This document shows positions 21,836-34,770 of a stretch of DNA of 64,000 nucleotides, one piece after another. This DNA is from Mayamaea pseudoterrestris (Eukaryota), in assembly GCA_027923505.1 (NCBI GenBank), contig BROI01000022.1, positions 310,001-374,000 on the forward strand, written 5' to 3'. The notes under the pieces are model-generated. The model had not been told where the DNA came from, did no database searches, and saw only the letters and a list, made by a program, of their open reading frames with translations. The translations under genes were made by a program, and so were the position numbers. How positions within the stretch are numbered: position 1 is the first letter of the stretch; every line of letters starts with the position of its first letter.

Positions 21836-23617
21836 TTAGTTTCTTACTTTCCCTTGGTACATTATTATCCGGGCTAGCAAATCGGAAACATCCCTATCCA
21901 TAGACACGTCGTAAGCAGTCTGATTGTCGGCGTTCCGTGTGAACGCATCACACCCAGCTTGCGTCGCGAGCCAGTAGATCATTTCCATGTTAGCCATCCG
22001 TGTCGCCAGATGAAGGCAAGAATCGTCGTTATCATCAAAGCGGAGGGATTGAAGTGCTAGTGAATTGCTCATCAACCAAGATAACTCTCGGAGCAAGTCG
22101 AGGCGCTCGCCTCTGATAGCTCTCATTACCGCATCTTTCCAAGCCTTGTCAACAGTTAGCACATCTGATGACTCAATAGCTTGTACCACATTCATCTCTT
22201 CCAGTATTTCCTGGATTGTTACATCCAAGTTTGGTGTTGCGTTGGCGCTCACCTGTTTATTATGTAACTTACCCAAGAGTTCCTCCACTCTGTCGTTAGG
22301 CACACCCGCAAACGTATGCTCATCGCGCAACACCATGTCCGAGTGCCAATAATGTGCAGCAGTCCGACTCGCAGCCACAATTGGAGACGTCCGCTGCACG
22401 ACTTCCCGCATGCATCCTCGAAGCAACGCCAATGGGCTCGTGCACGCGCCCGATGCGGCAGAGGAAAACCATTTAGCCACAACAATGCCGTCGAGCAAAG
22501 CCTGGTTTGCTCCTTGCCCTTTGAAACAGGACATGGCATGTAGGGCATCGCCAATGACAACGACGCGATCGAAAAAAGATTGGTTGCTTGCACTGCCTTG
22601 CTGTTTCGCAATCTTTTTTAGCTGCAAGTCGTGGATTTGAGTGGGATCGCGGTCGCATAAATGTGTCGACCACACATCGTTCAATGGTGTAGATTGGATA
22701 AGTGGAAGGACTGGATTATGCCAGTCGCGACATCGATCAAGTGCTTCCTTTATGAGTTGCTCTGGGAGCTTTGGTGGAGCCGATGCTTCGTTAATGTCTT
22801 CGAGAAAGGATAGTTGCCACATGTATCGAGTGTGTTCGTCTGGGTGTAGCGGAGACGACGCACTATAAGGCATGACAAAGAGTCGATGTCCATTCGTTAA
22901 AGTGTAAAAGCCTCGCTCTCGCAGCAGGGGGTGGTTCAAATCCAGTTTGCTGTCGCTGCATTCCCTCGTGAGTCCAAGAATTAGTCGTACGCCCATGGGT
23001 TTAGGCTGGGGAGCGTGCGGAAGAATGCAGTCCACTGTGGCAGAGCGAATACCATCCGCTGCAATGATCCAATCAGCATCTACTGGTTTTGCTTCGTGTT
23101 CAAAGATCAAGCGCATTTTTGTACCGTTTGTTTCGCCTTTATCGGTATCAACTTTTATTGCTTCCACCTTGATGAGTTTGTGGTTCCATGCAATGCGAGT
23201 AACGCGCAAAGCTTTGACTAGAATTTCTCGTACCACCTGCCTTGGAACGCGCAAATTGCCTCGCTGTCCGAACCCTCCATGCTTGCTCTTGAAAGCATTT
23301 CCGTAGTAGCCTCGCACCTGCCCAGTTTCCGTGAGTAGATAGTGAGACCGACTCGGACAGTCAGCGAGCGCAATCTTCTCCAATACTCCAAGCTGCTGCA
23401 GGACCCCCTTTGGATCGTACTTGAGCGTGAGTCCATAACCTTCCCGTCGACTAATCAGTGAAGCGTCTCGCTCGTAGATGGTGATGCGGTTAAATCCAGC
23501 CTGCTCAAGACGAATGGCAGTTGAAAGTGCAGCCAATCCGGAACCAATAATAGCAATGAATAGAGCACCAACGCTTTGGGGAGCGGTGGTCCCTCCGGAA
23601 AAATCTTCTTGAAGCCA
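21836..23617 (-). CDS. FAD-dependent monooxygenase (UbiH/ZEP-like fold) with C-terminal ankyrin repeat; 5' end unresolved
   Basis: IAIIGSGLAA dinucleotide-binding motif, IYERD, IIAADGIRS, VVIGDALHAMSCFKGQGANQALLD; ankyrin-like SCLHLA...NQTAYD. In-frame TAA upstream near 23618 with no ATG between it and the motif. Confidence 0.85.
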   Translation of the reverse strand, partial: WLQEDFSGGTTAPQSVGALFIAIIGSGLAALSTAIRLEQAGFNRITIYERDASLISRREGYGLTLKYDPKGVLQQLGVLEKIALADCPSRSHYLLTETGQVRGYYGNAFKSKHGGFGQRGNLRVPRQVVREILVKALRVTRIAWNHKLIKVEAIKVDTDKGETNGTKMRLIFEHEAKPVDADWIIAADGIRSATVDCILPHAPQPKPMGVRLILGLTRECSDSKLDLNHPLLRERGFYTLTNGHRLFVMPYSASSPLHPDEHTRYMWQLSFLEDINEASAPPKLPEQLIKEALDRCRDWHNPVLPLIQSTPLNDVWSTHLCDRDPTQIHDLQLKKIAKQQGSASNQSFFDRVVVIGDALHAMSCFKGQGANQALLDGIVVAKWFSSAASGACTSPLALLRGCMREVVQRTSPIVAASRTAAHYWHSDMVLRDEHTFAGVPNDRVEELLGKLHNKQVSANATPNLDVTIQEILEEMNVVQAIESSDVLTVDKAWKDAVMRAIRGERLDLLRELSWLMSNSLALQSLRFDDNDDSCLHLATRMANMEMIYWLATQAGCDAFTRNADNQTAYDVSMDRDVSDLLARIIMYQGKVRN

Positions 23618-26600
23618 TTAAATGGTTTTTAGCATGTCGCAGAAGAAGGATGCCTGACAAACAGGATGACGCAAGCATTGCATAAAACAATTGGGCCACA
23701 TGGTGATTGCAGAACGGGCATCGATGAGCATGTTGTTTGCGCAGAAATCGTTGTTAATTGCTATCACAAACATGGGTTGGTGTTTCTCAAGCGACTAGTA
23801 AATGCAACGCCGGCCAAGTCTCTGCCATGCAGTTGGAATGACGAGTGTACCTGGAGCAGCCGGGCGGCGATAAATGCATCGTCAAACGTGTCGGGAGCGG
23901 GGATGTTGCAACTACACGCCAACCCAATTGTCCATCTTGCAATGACCAATACAAAGTGATATAATGACAATGGTAATAATGTGGCATTTTGCAACAGCCA
24001 GGAAGCGTCTATGTATTCTCATGAAAAAGATTGTCGGCTTGCATCAACCGCTTGCGCAGGTGGATCTGATGCGCTGACTTTTTGAGCAGTGCCCTTATTG
24101 TGATTTCAAGCCCATCTTTTACAAATTATAGTCTACTGGAGACATGCAGATGCAGAGGCCTTGTGCAGCTTGTGGAGGCTCATTGACACGACAACGATCA
24201 TGGAGCTGGAAGCTCATATCAGCCATAACCAACTTGGCCATCTAGATGAGCTTATTCAATCCGCCATTTGAAGACAAGACTGGAGAAGATTGCAAGTGCT
24301 TTAGAGGCTTCGTTCGACAAATGGAATAATGCACATGGAACTCCCGACCAATAATCTCAGCTGCATCTTCTCGATTAGTCATTGAGAAAGCTCCTCAAAG
24401 TGCTTTAAATTGCAAAAGTCTCTGATGTATGAGGATTGCGCCAGGCGAGACGCTAGCTATTACGATGACTTGCAGTCGATTTGTAACAACGCTAGGAGGC
24501 CAAATGGCGCATGCACCATCAAGTTTGATGATTGGTTCTTTGAAATACGGTAATATATAATGTTAAGATGTGGTAATATAATGACAAACTAACATGAATA
24601 CTGACCATCCAACAACATGGACTTGTGCTCTCTTCTTTTAGTCGACCACAATTTACCTATTGGCGTTTTGATAGAAATGACATTTCTTGGCGGTTATGCT
24701 TGTTGTTTGTGCGATGGCATCGCCATTCACCTCTGGTTGTTGTTATCGTTCGATGGTGTTGCCATTCGACAGGTGATTTGTTTTTGTTCAGTGGTGTCAC
24801 CTTGTACATTCACTTTATACGTCGTGTGCATTCCTCATACACAGTCGCACATTGTTCATGTACAATGGCCTCACCAGTCTTTTTGTTCCATGGTTCTATT
24901 TGTATACTCTTTGATTCAAGGCATTGCCATTGTCAGTCGTTGTTTGTTTTCATTATGAATTGGCGTAACCATGGTCGGTTAGCACATACGGCAGGTTTGT
25001 AAGGAGCAACCCAAGCTCCAGTCCTTGTTGTGTTGTTCTTGTGCAAGTACGGTGTGTTGTTGCTGTTTGGGGTGGCATCTACGGCTGGAATTGTTGAGAC
25101 GATGAAAGCTCCCTTGCGCTCACTGTGACTCAAGCTCTAGTCATGTTATTCGTTGTCCGTTCTGTACGTCTGTACATGACGTCATTAATTACTTGTTCTT
25201 GGATGATCAATGGCATTGCCATTGTTGGTCGTTGTTTTGTATGGTGTGTGCCTTTGCATCCTTGATTAGACCGTCGATCCTTTGCTGCTCATCTGTAGCA
25301 ATGCTCCTGTTGTTAATGAATGAGATAGTGGGTAAGTAGAAAGGGTTTGCAATCGCATGTTGTTTGTATGTATTGGGAGCTTCGCAAGTTAACGTTTTGA
25401 TGTCAGCGTCGGTTGAGTGGATTCATTAATTGAGGTGCTAGTTTTTTTTGTCCTTTTACTTGGACGTTTGCTTTGATTATTTGATTGGTTTTCAGCCGAT
25501 TTGTTGTTAGCACAGTGTGAAGAGATACTCTTGTGCTTGTTGACCTCTAACCCGACTCTGGTTCTGAATTCAGAAGACATCAAGATGATGAATGATGTTG
25601 ATAAAAAAATTATAATGATGATTTACCCGAGGCCAGCTATGCTACTAAATCTGAGCTACAGCTCTCAAGTATCTCTTGGAGTTGTAGAGAGCTTACCTGA
25701 GCATGCAAACAGTCCTCTGTCGCTACCTTTTGCCATAAATTTGACGTTCTGCACTGCCAGCACCGCTTCAACCACCAGCTGCTTGCGCTGCAGCCACGCA
25801 AGAGCCTTTGATGGCACAAACTTGTAAACAATGGTTTCGGAATCAATCTCCATCGAGTCGTACCATGCGAGTGCCTGCGACTGGCGCTGCATCATGATTG
25901 CTTCCAGTGAAAATGTTGTCATTGTTGTTTGTACTTGACAGTGGTGCCCACAGCTGGTCCAGTGAATGCCATGGCTGCGATGCTGCACCTGCTGCTGTAG
26001 TAGGAGATGGACAGCATTGCGCAAGTAGGAAATAGAGCGGATCCATGGGTGTCATGCACCAAAGATTTGATTGTCATCCAACGACCAAAGATGATGACGA
26101 TTCATCGTCCGTGCCACCACCAGGAATCAAGTAGGAGGCGTAGTCACTTACAAAGGATTGAATCTCACAAACTACAGCACATGGCGCTGTCGTTTCACTG
26201 TTATGCTCTTGGTGCTGCAACGATTGATGTATCAGGTAAGGTCGTTCCATGCCCGAGTGAGGATCCTGCCATTGCACCGCTTCAAAGGAAGCATCTGATG
26301 GCAAGGAAGGATCCAGTAGCAGTACAACTGTCAACTTGGAGTCTTGGACAAGAGCGTGCGGATTGAACATGGCTTATAACTGTTCGGTCTGACTCGAGTC
26401 AGATCAGTCCCTTACCCCTGCCGCAAGGTAAAAATTCCGGCGCGCAAAACACGTTTTTGGTACAAGGCCTACACAAATATCTACGCGGACTATGTGTCTC
26501 AGGACTCGATAACGGTCAACGGATTACATCGGCATTGGACAAAGCACGACGCGCCAGTACTCCCGCAAGGAACGACATGGCAGGTGCTACAAACTAACTG

Positions 26601-26749
26601 GGCATTATTGCATACTAGCTAACAAGCAGGCTTATAAGCATATAAAACACCATATTAGGCAGCTCAATTGGCATGCCATTTAATTGCACCTACCTTCAAA
26701 TCCATGAAGTATGGTTCAACTCCTCATCACCAGCTTGGCATCCTCTGAG

Positions 26750-27485
26750 GCTCCCAGTCTGTCTTTCAAAATGACCAAGCAGCAGCTTGCCATCAAGTGT
26801 GCCATCATGTGATCCAAGCAGCAAGCCCAGTGACTCACCTAGCGCAGAACCCAGTCTGTTTCACAGCCCAGCACCAAGCTTGTCACCTTCTGTTCCTCCC
26901 AGTTAGTCTCCCAGCAACATACCAAACAGCTTGCCATCAAGTGTGCCATCAAGTGGTCCAAGCGCCAAGCCCAGTGTCTCACCTAGCGCAGGACCCAGTC
27001 TCCTTCCCAGTGCAGCTTCAAGCTTGTCACCCTCTGTGGCTCCCAGTTGCTCTCCCAGCAGCCCTCCCAACAGCTTGCCATCAAGTGTGCCATCAAGTAC
27101 AAGCGCCAGACTCAAGGTCTCACCTAGCACAGGACCCAGTCACCTTCCCAGTGCAGCTTCAAGTTTGTCACCCTCTGTGGCTCTCAGTTTGTCTCCAGGC
27201 TAAACCCAGCAGCTTGCCATCAAGTGTGCCGTCATGTGATCCAAGCGGCAAGCCCAGTGACTCACCTAGAGCAGGACCCAGTCTCCTTCCCAGTGCAGCT
27301 GCAAGCTTGTCACCCTCTGTAGCTCCTAGTTGGTCTCCCAGCACCCAAACCAGCAGCTTGCCATCAAGTGTGCCATAATGTGATCCAAGTGCCTAGCCCA
27401 GTGATTCCCCTAATGCAGGACTCAGTCTCTTTCCAGTGCAGCACCAACTTGTCACCCTCTGTAGCTCCCAGTTTATCTCCAAGCA
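26750..27485 (+). repeat. About five copies of a ~144-bp tandem repeat encoding a decayed Pro/Ser-rich (PSxxPS) mucin-like protein
   Basis: GCTTGCCATCAAGTGTGCC recurs at 26785, 26929, 27073, 27212, 27356; the SSLPSSVPS frame is broken by stops and a short deletion. Confidence 0.85.
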
Positions 27486-28243
27486 CTTAAAACTATGCAT
27501 TCAGTTGGAGCAAGCAGTCAGCATTTGTAATGAATACACTTCTACATACCAAATGAAGTACCAAGCTGCCGCACATACGGGTGTACCGCATGGGCTTATG
27601 GAAAGTGCCACGCAGTAAGGTCAGACCCCGGTCCCTCGGTGCAATGAAAATGAGGGTTGTAAGGTGAAGCTATATGAGGGATTTTGTGGTTGTCCATGGC
27701 TGCCGAAGAAACGTGAAAGCCAATAATCTTGAGTCCTACACTGGTACTGAACATTTTGACGATCAATTCAACCATGGCGACCATCGATCCGTTGCTGACT
27801 TGCTTCACTGAAACTCTCTGCCTGGGCTTTTTTTGATCGTAACACTCAGTAATTATAACAATTGATTGATATGGAGGCAAATGGACTAAATCAGCAAGTT
27901 GACTCCAAACCAACTCACTCACGCACCCTGGACGACTTTTGGGATGATTACTACACCAATGACAATAATGAGGCTGGAGAAGTTTTCCAGGATACGGAAT
28001 GGATTTGACGCAATGTAGCGGATTGGTAGCCTGCGTCCTAGGTGACATGGAGCGGTATTGAATGGAGTGTATGACGAGAAGCTGTGGAAGTTGAAGGAGC
28101 TACAGGGGCGTCCGGTAAAATGACTTTTCGTAACTAAATGTCATACTGGCACTCAAGTTTCCGTTGACGCTTCGAAGATCAGTTGAAGGCAATGCCGGCG
28201 CGGCGCGCCAGCCCGTCCAGCTGTTTCAGAGTCTGCGATTTGC

Positions 28244-28358
28244 TACTTTCAGACAATGTCTGAAAGTATCTTTCTGATTCAGACAATGTCTGAAAGTATC
28301 TGGCTTAATCAGACAATGTCTGAAAGTACTTTTTACTTTCAGACAGAATCTGAAAGTA
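28244..28358. repeat. Four palindromic units at 30-bp period (TACTTTCAGACA-A-TGTCTGAAAGTA)
   Basis: Read directly: CAGACA.....CTGAAAGTA at exact 30-nt spacing. Confidence 0.92.
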
Positions 28359-28930
28359 TGTGACTATTACGTTTAAAGTACTTTTTGCAGATGCTGTAAA
28401 TATCAATGGTCAAAAAAGTCATTTTTATTATGTGCAGCCATCCATGACGGTGAACTTGATGCCTTCGACAACGCTCGTTGCCGTGCATACGCTTACAAGC
28501 ACTACCACTGTCAGCTCAAGCTATAGAAGGCCAATTCTAATAATTTCATCTTCAAAATAGACTAAATAATATATGGCGATTGGATCTGTCAAGTTGGTTT
28601 GGTCGTGAGGGGCCTGTGGAGCTCACGACGACACGATTTGTGTTCATGGGGGCCCAGGCGCCAGTTCCGCTTCATGCAGCCAACACATCATCCTTTTCCT
28701 GGGAAACCATTACTATATTGCCAGGTTCTTGACACGAATGACCATTTATAACACGTATTGCAACAAGCTGTATGGCTAGTCAGTGCTTGTCGAAGGTGCC
28801 ATGGTCGTCGTCGTCGAAAACTTGGTGGTGGCAGTCATACCATCGAGACATTTCAATGGAAACAGCTGCCTCCACGACCAATCATAAGCTATAAAATATC
28901 ATTGACTTCGCTTTCAGAAAAATTAGGCTT

Positions 28931-29042
28931 AATCAGATAGAATCTGAAAGTATCTTTCACTTTCAGACAGTGTCTGAAAGTAATTTTCTGATTCAGACAA
29001 TGTCTGAAAGTATCTTTCTGATTCAGACAACGTCTGAAAGTA
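28931..29042. repeat. Four palindromic units at 30-bp period (right subterminal array)
   Basis: Same motif and spacing as 28244-28358. Confidence 0.92.
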
Positions 29043-29419
29043 AATTCGGCGATCCGTTGGCGCGCAAGCATAGACTGGATTGGCACGCGCGCATTTTCAC
29101 CAATCAAATCTTATCCACGACTAAAATTTAGAAGCGGTGCGACATTTTCGGCGAAAATGACGTTTTACCGGACGCTCCAGCATATGTGTGTTTAATTAAC
29201 AAGATGACCCAAATGACCATTGAAGTTGAGGTTCGGGTAGTTTAAACCAAGACCAGACCACGAATAGCGAGGCTGGTCGCTTTGCGCTTGATTGCAGTTG
29301 ACTAGCAATTGGTTTTGTTGTTGTTGCTCTTGCTCTTTACTGTAGAGGTTGATCGCTCTTAGGTATTGTAGCTGGAGACTAGTTGACGCGGTGTATTGCT
29401 ACATCTTATCAGGATTGTT

Positions 29420-30247
29420 CACCCCAATGAGTTACTCTTTGATCAGCTTCTTCCGCATATTCCGCTGCTTATGAATGATAGCGCCACAAGCATTGGAACT
29501 TCGTCATCCAACATTTTGGAGATTGGATGCGGCACATTAACGCTGGCATGAGACTTGCTCTTGTTTCTCACAAAACCACAAACATCTTCTTCATGCTCCA
29601 TTTCCTTGACTGCCACGGATGTGAGTGAACATGCCATTTTGCAGAACCAGCGACGCAACAGTTCCATGCAATCGTGCACTGCAGCCAATGGCAATCAACA
29701 TCCTACCGTCCACTACCAAATTTGGAACGTTGTTGCGGATACGCCTGCAGTAGTCTTTGACAAGGATCGAGCAGTCTTTGACGTGTTACTGGACAAGGGA
29801 TGTTTCGATACCATTTTGTTTCGCACCGACAAGCGTTATTTGGAGGAAGCGGCAGCCTCCTTTTTGAACCACGTGTTCCAAGCCAAGGCCGACGGTGTCT
29901 ACCTGATTGTGACACCGCGTCGCAAGCACACGTTGCTGCAGTCGTTTCAGGGGTTTCGTAGCGTGGAGCGGCACAAGCTTGACAGTTCCAGCAGCGCGGA
30001 GCTCTACAAGGCTGACAAACATAAACAGTCCTACTTGTATATCTGTCGCAAGCGCCACGACTTTCAGCCGTTTATTGACAATGCGTTTGTGATGCGTCGA
30101 ACCAGCAAACGCTCGCAGCATGTCCATCCTGTGGAATCATGGAGCGAGACTTTGTCGTCAAAAGCAAGGATCCACAGGGAGAATGGAACGGACATTGCAA
30201 GCACTGCAAGGAGCAGCCAAAAGTATATTGATGAGTATAAATGGTGA
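29420..30247 (+). pseudogene. Class I SAM-dependent methyltransferase pseudogene (METTL13/EEF1AKMT4-like)
   Basis: ILEIGCG motif I, LTATDVS, FDVLLDKGCFDTIL; in-frame TGA at 29549-29551 just after motif I. Confidence 0.75.
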
Positions 30248-30422
30248 ATATGCTTAAATGTTTGACTTAATCCACCAGTGTATGTATCCTATACACACGC
30301 CTAGTAGCTAGGAGGGCCATTGTTGTGTCATTGCTGCGCCCGTCACGATCAGTCATTTCCTTTGAGCAAGCCTTGAAGGATGACTTGTCGCTATCAAAGT
30401 CACCGACTCCATCGACGGCATC

Positions 30423-30458
30423 CAGCAGCAGCAGCAGTAGCAGTAGTAGCGACTCTGA

Positions 30459-30491
<33 letters not shown>
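30423..30491 (+). repeat. AGC/CAG trinucleotide microsatellite (poly-Ser then poly-Gln remnant)
   Basis: Read directly from the sequence. Confidence 0.8.
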
Positions 30492-31318
30492 CGTACATTT
30501 AGTCGAAGTTGAAGGTGTATCCTACCTTCCTACCGAGGAGCAATGCACCTATCTTACTATATGTGTATGTTGACGCCCCAACGGCATCGTGGAAGAGCAA
30601 TCGTGATTGCCCACGATGGGCGAGCGAGGTTAATTTTGTAGCAACTAATTAAATCCTCTCAGTTAATCACCAACGCCTTCGTTGTTGTAGCAGTTGCAAT
30701 TACACGAGTCCTTTGCTCTTGTTGTTGCTCTTAATAACAGTCTCCATTCAACCTATTGAGTGAGAAGCATTTGCTTGTGCAGTTTCTAGAAACAGAGCGC
30801 AAGGTATCGGCAGAAAGGTTGAACTGTTGTTCGTCTGTCGTCTAGCGTGTCGTCTGTTGCAGGATGCGAACGAAAACAGCGAAAATCGGGCAAGTCACAC
30901 CGAATGTCCGATAGGGTGACACAGCGGCACTCGCGGCTCACCACAGCCTCACGATCGCGTGATGCGTGGCAGCGACGGCTTCGAAGCGATTCAACAAGTA
31001 TATTGCTGAAACTAGTGCGATATAGAGTAGAAACAAGCAGACTTACTAAGCTTGAAGAGTTAAGAAAGCGATTTATTCGTCTCTCGTATTGTAGCAACTG
31101 CAAGCTTGGATTGGCCATCCAAGGACAGCTACAAGCGAAAGGTGCAACGATTTGATTTACAAGTTACAAGATTAACACTGTCTTGAGACTCATTGCCTCG
31201 GCATAGAGACTTTATCGACGAAGAGTACTATTGATTTACGAAGTAACGTGGACGCACGTTGGTTCTTGGCCCGGAAAGTTCCGCAGGTGATAGCAAGAAC
31301 ATTGTCACGACGACAACG

Positions 31319-34300
31319 ATGGCGGAAACTCGCGCGCAGAAAGACGCGGCGTTTGCGCATGTTTACGAAGAGAACGTAGGCGTTTTCCAAGATCCTCAGT
31401 TCAAGGAGTTATTCGACGAACTCGGAGTAGAATCGCTTACGCAACTGATCGAGATGGAGTACGACGATTTCGCGACGAAGTGGAACGTCACGACGACGAC
31501 AACGACGACGACTGACGATGGCGACAATGTCACGCAGGAAACGAGCGAACACTCGCTAACGAAGATGAAACAACGCACGATCACGAACGCGATCGAATGG
31601 TATTTGGCGCAAGAGTCGCCGGACATCAAGACATGGTCGCAACTGACCACCGAAACGCTGGCGACGTTCGTCACAGCACGAGCGAAGGAACGAGTCCAAG
31701 CGCGCAACATTGCGAGCGTGGGCAGCGGAAGCGGAGCGAAACCTCCAGCGAAGGAAAGCGAAACGGAATCCAAGAAGGACGAATCCAAGGACTCCACGCT
31801 AACGAACGAAGGCAACGAGTCGAAGCCTGACTCGGCCGACAAGGTGCCACCGACGAGTGTGGACGTGGACCGAAGCAGTCACCGACATCCGTACTGGACC
31901 TCGGCGACGACGAAGACGACGAGAAGTATTCAGACCAATTTACGAAGTCTATCAAGTTCTCGGCGAGGGATTGTAAAGAAATGAAGCTGGATTCCTCGTG
32001 GAAACAGTGGATTTCCGAGTTGAAAGTCATCGCTACATTGCATGACTTCCACGAAGTCTTTGACGACGATTATGACCCGAAGGAAAAGGGACCGAAAGAA
32101 CAGAAGGCGTATGCAAAGAAGAATGTGTTTGTATACAGGATCTTTCTCACGCACTGTCGAACTCCGTCTGCATCACTCGCAGTACAGCAGTTCAAGAAGA
32201 CGATGGACGGACGCGAAGTCTACCAACGATTGCGAACGCGATACGAAGAAGGCGCTACTGCTCACATCGAGAAGGAACGCGCGCGAACGGAACTGCAGGG
32301 AATGCGGCTGACCGAGAAGTGGTCACGGCCGACGATCGAATTTCTCGCACTGTTCTACAAGAAAGTCATCTGGCTGCTCGAAATGGACGCAGAAGCTCTG
32401 ACAGGTTTACAACGATACGACATGCTACGCGACGCTTTCTCCGAGCACACAGGATTCAGCGCATCACTAGCAGGTTTTGACGGAATGATTGCCATCAAGA
32501 AACACATGGGGCAACACGACTCGGAAGACAATTTCGCGCAGTTGTACGCGCACTTAGAAGAGTGCTGCATCAAGTATGACAAGAAACACCCATCGACGAC
32601 GAAGACTAAGCGCACAATCAATCAAGCGCAGTCTAGTGGAACGAAAGGAGGCGGCGGCGGCAATGGCGGCGCGACTCCAAGCGGCTTATCGGCGGAACGA
32701 TTTGCAGCGATCATGAAGAAACCTCACGCGAGCGTGAAGGATGAAGTCTGGTTGGAGATGAAGTTTGATCAGCGAAAGCAGTTGAAGGACAAGCGTGCGA
32801 CGGCGCCCAAGACACCCGAAAACGGATGGCGACCGCGCAACCAACGAGGCACGGCTACGACGCAGACGCAAGTCAACGCGGCGCATCAAGAGCGTCACGC
32901 GACGGAATCTGTAGCGAACGATCACGCAAGCGTTCCTGGCACGATTAATATTCAGCCCGGCAATAGTGGAATGTCAGTCCAAACGGCTGCACGATCGGTT
33001 CTGCAAGCGAACAATGCGAGTACTACAACTCAGCAAGTGACAGGATCGTTGACGACTGATAACACCGGACGAGGTACATTCAGCTTCAACATGCATCGTC
33101 GTATGCGCGTCAATCGCGCACACTACGAGCGGATCAACGAAGGCGCGCTCATCGACAGCGGCGCGAACGGAGGCTTATGCGGAGGAGACATGCTCGTCGT
33201 TTCGGAAACGAACGCCGAGGTGGATGTGACTGGTATTGACGATCATATTGTCCCAGCTCTCAAGATTGGCACTGCAGCTGGACTGGCAAAGACCCTTAGT
33301 GGCGAAACCATTCTGCTTCTGTGTCACCAGTATGCTTTAAAGCGAGACGGACCGACGATTCATTGCCCGAATCAATTGCGCGCAATGGGACATCGCGTCG
33401 ACGATATTCCGACCATGTTTGGCGGAACGCAACGAATTACGACGAACATTGAGGCTACGTTTTGCCATTGGCAATTCGCGATGGCCTGGTGTACTTGGAC
33501 GTGACGAAACCCACGTTCGATGATTTGGATAAGTATCCGACTGTCATCATGACGTCGGACGTGCCGTGGGACTCGACTGTTTACGATGTCGAGCACGCGC
33601 ACGACGATTTCGACGAACGAGATCATGATTATGGATCTTTCGACGAACGATTCGATGATGACGGTATCACGCACCGCAATCGTCACACGCCGACACGCAC
33701 TGGCGACGAACTTGACGTACTGATCAATCGGTGCGTGCGACACGCTCAGTTTTCACGCGTTAATTTGCGGAAGCTAAGAAGCAAGGAACCGGACTATAAT
33801 GCTCTTCGGCCGTACCTCGGATGGGTCCCGACTGAGCGCGTTCAACAGACTTTACGTCACACGGAAGCATGGTATCATCTCAGCGCACACCCGCGATTAC
33901 CATTTCGACACCTCACGAAATCACGATTTCCGGCCGCGAACGTTCAGCGGTTGCGCGAACTATTCGCCACGGACACGATACACTCTGACACGCCAGCTTT
34001 GGATGATGGAATTTAGGGCATGGGGAGCTACTAAGATGCAGCTCTTTGTTGGACGAGAAAGTTTTTACACGCGCGGCTACCCGATGAAGTCGGAGAGCGA
34101 AATGTCAAACGCGTTAGAGGATTTTATCCGCGAAGTGGGCGCTCCTAACGGACTGCTCAGCGACAATGCCAAGTCGGAGACTGGCAAGGCTGTGAGGGAT
34201 CTCTGTCGGATGTACAATATTCCTCAAGTGACCACAGAACCGGGTCATCCAGAATAAAATCCATGCGAACGTCACACGTCGCACATTAAGCCAATGATGG

Positions 34301-34770
34301 AGAACCTCCAACGAGATTCGGGTTCGCCAGGCCATTGCTGGGTTTTGCTGATTAAATTCGTAATCATGATACTGAACGTCCTCGCGACGAAATCGCTGGG
34401 ATGGCGCACGCCAACGGAAGTTGCGTTCGGAAATCTGCCGGATATTTCGCCTTTGTTACATTTCAAGTGGTGGGAACCGGTCACGTTTGAGGCGCAGGGG
34501 AGCTTTCCCTCGGCGGTACGATCTGGCAACGGCCGATTCGTGGGCATCGCAGAGAATAGCGGTCCGCACATGACTTTTCTCGTTCTGACGGACGACACGC
34601 TTCAGGCGATTCCGCGCTCCAACGTGGTCTCGCGCAGCTACTTGTTACCACGAGAGTTGCCTTCCTTCCCTGAGTCTGGAGGGAGATTTCTGAAGAAGCT
34701 ACACGCGCAAGCGAGCGAAATTTTGAAACTCCAGATCTCGCGACAGGACGCTACCATAGCACGCATGTGA
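31319..34770 (+). pseudogene. Copia gag-protease-integrase region, fragmented
   Basis: Consecutive ORF pieces in changing frames; integrase motifs FATDTI, LLSDNAKSE, TEPGHPE*NPCER with premature TAA at 34255-34257. Confidence 0.85.

Larger units (their letters stand above)
28106..29177. mobile_element. Non-autonomous TIR DNA transposon (MITE), PIF/Harbinger-like
   Basis: Imperfect ~26-bp TIRs GGGCGTCCGGTAAAA... / ...TTTTACCGGACGCTC, 3-bp TSD CAG (28103-28105, 29178-29180), subterminal palindrome arrays, no transposase ORF. Confidence 0.82.

Noticed and set aside
23700..26400. Possible decayed transposase or non-LTR element
   Set aside because: Only fragmentary frames (for example a CSC motif); no diagnostic domain could be recognised by eye.
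28244..29042. CRISPR-like array of palindromic repeats
   Set aside because: The period is only 30 bp with 5-10 nt between dyads, there are no unique spacers or cas genes, and the arrays sit inside TIRs.
30786..31155. Short ORFs in the Copia LTRs, duplicated at 37071-37422
   Set aside because: Incidental frames within the LTR sequence with no protein motifs.
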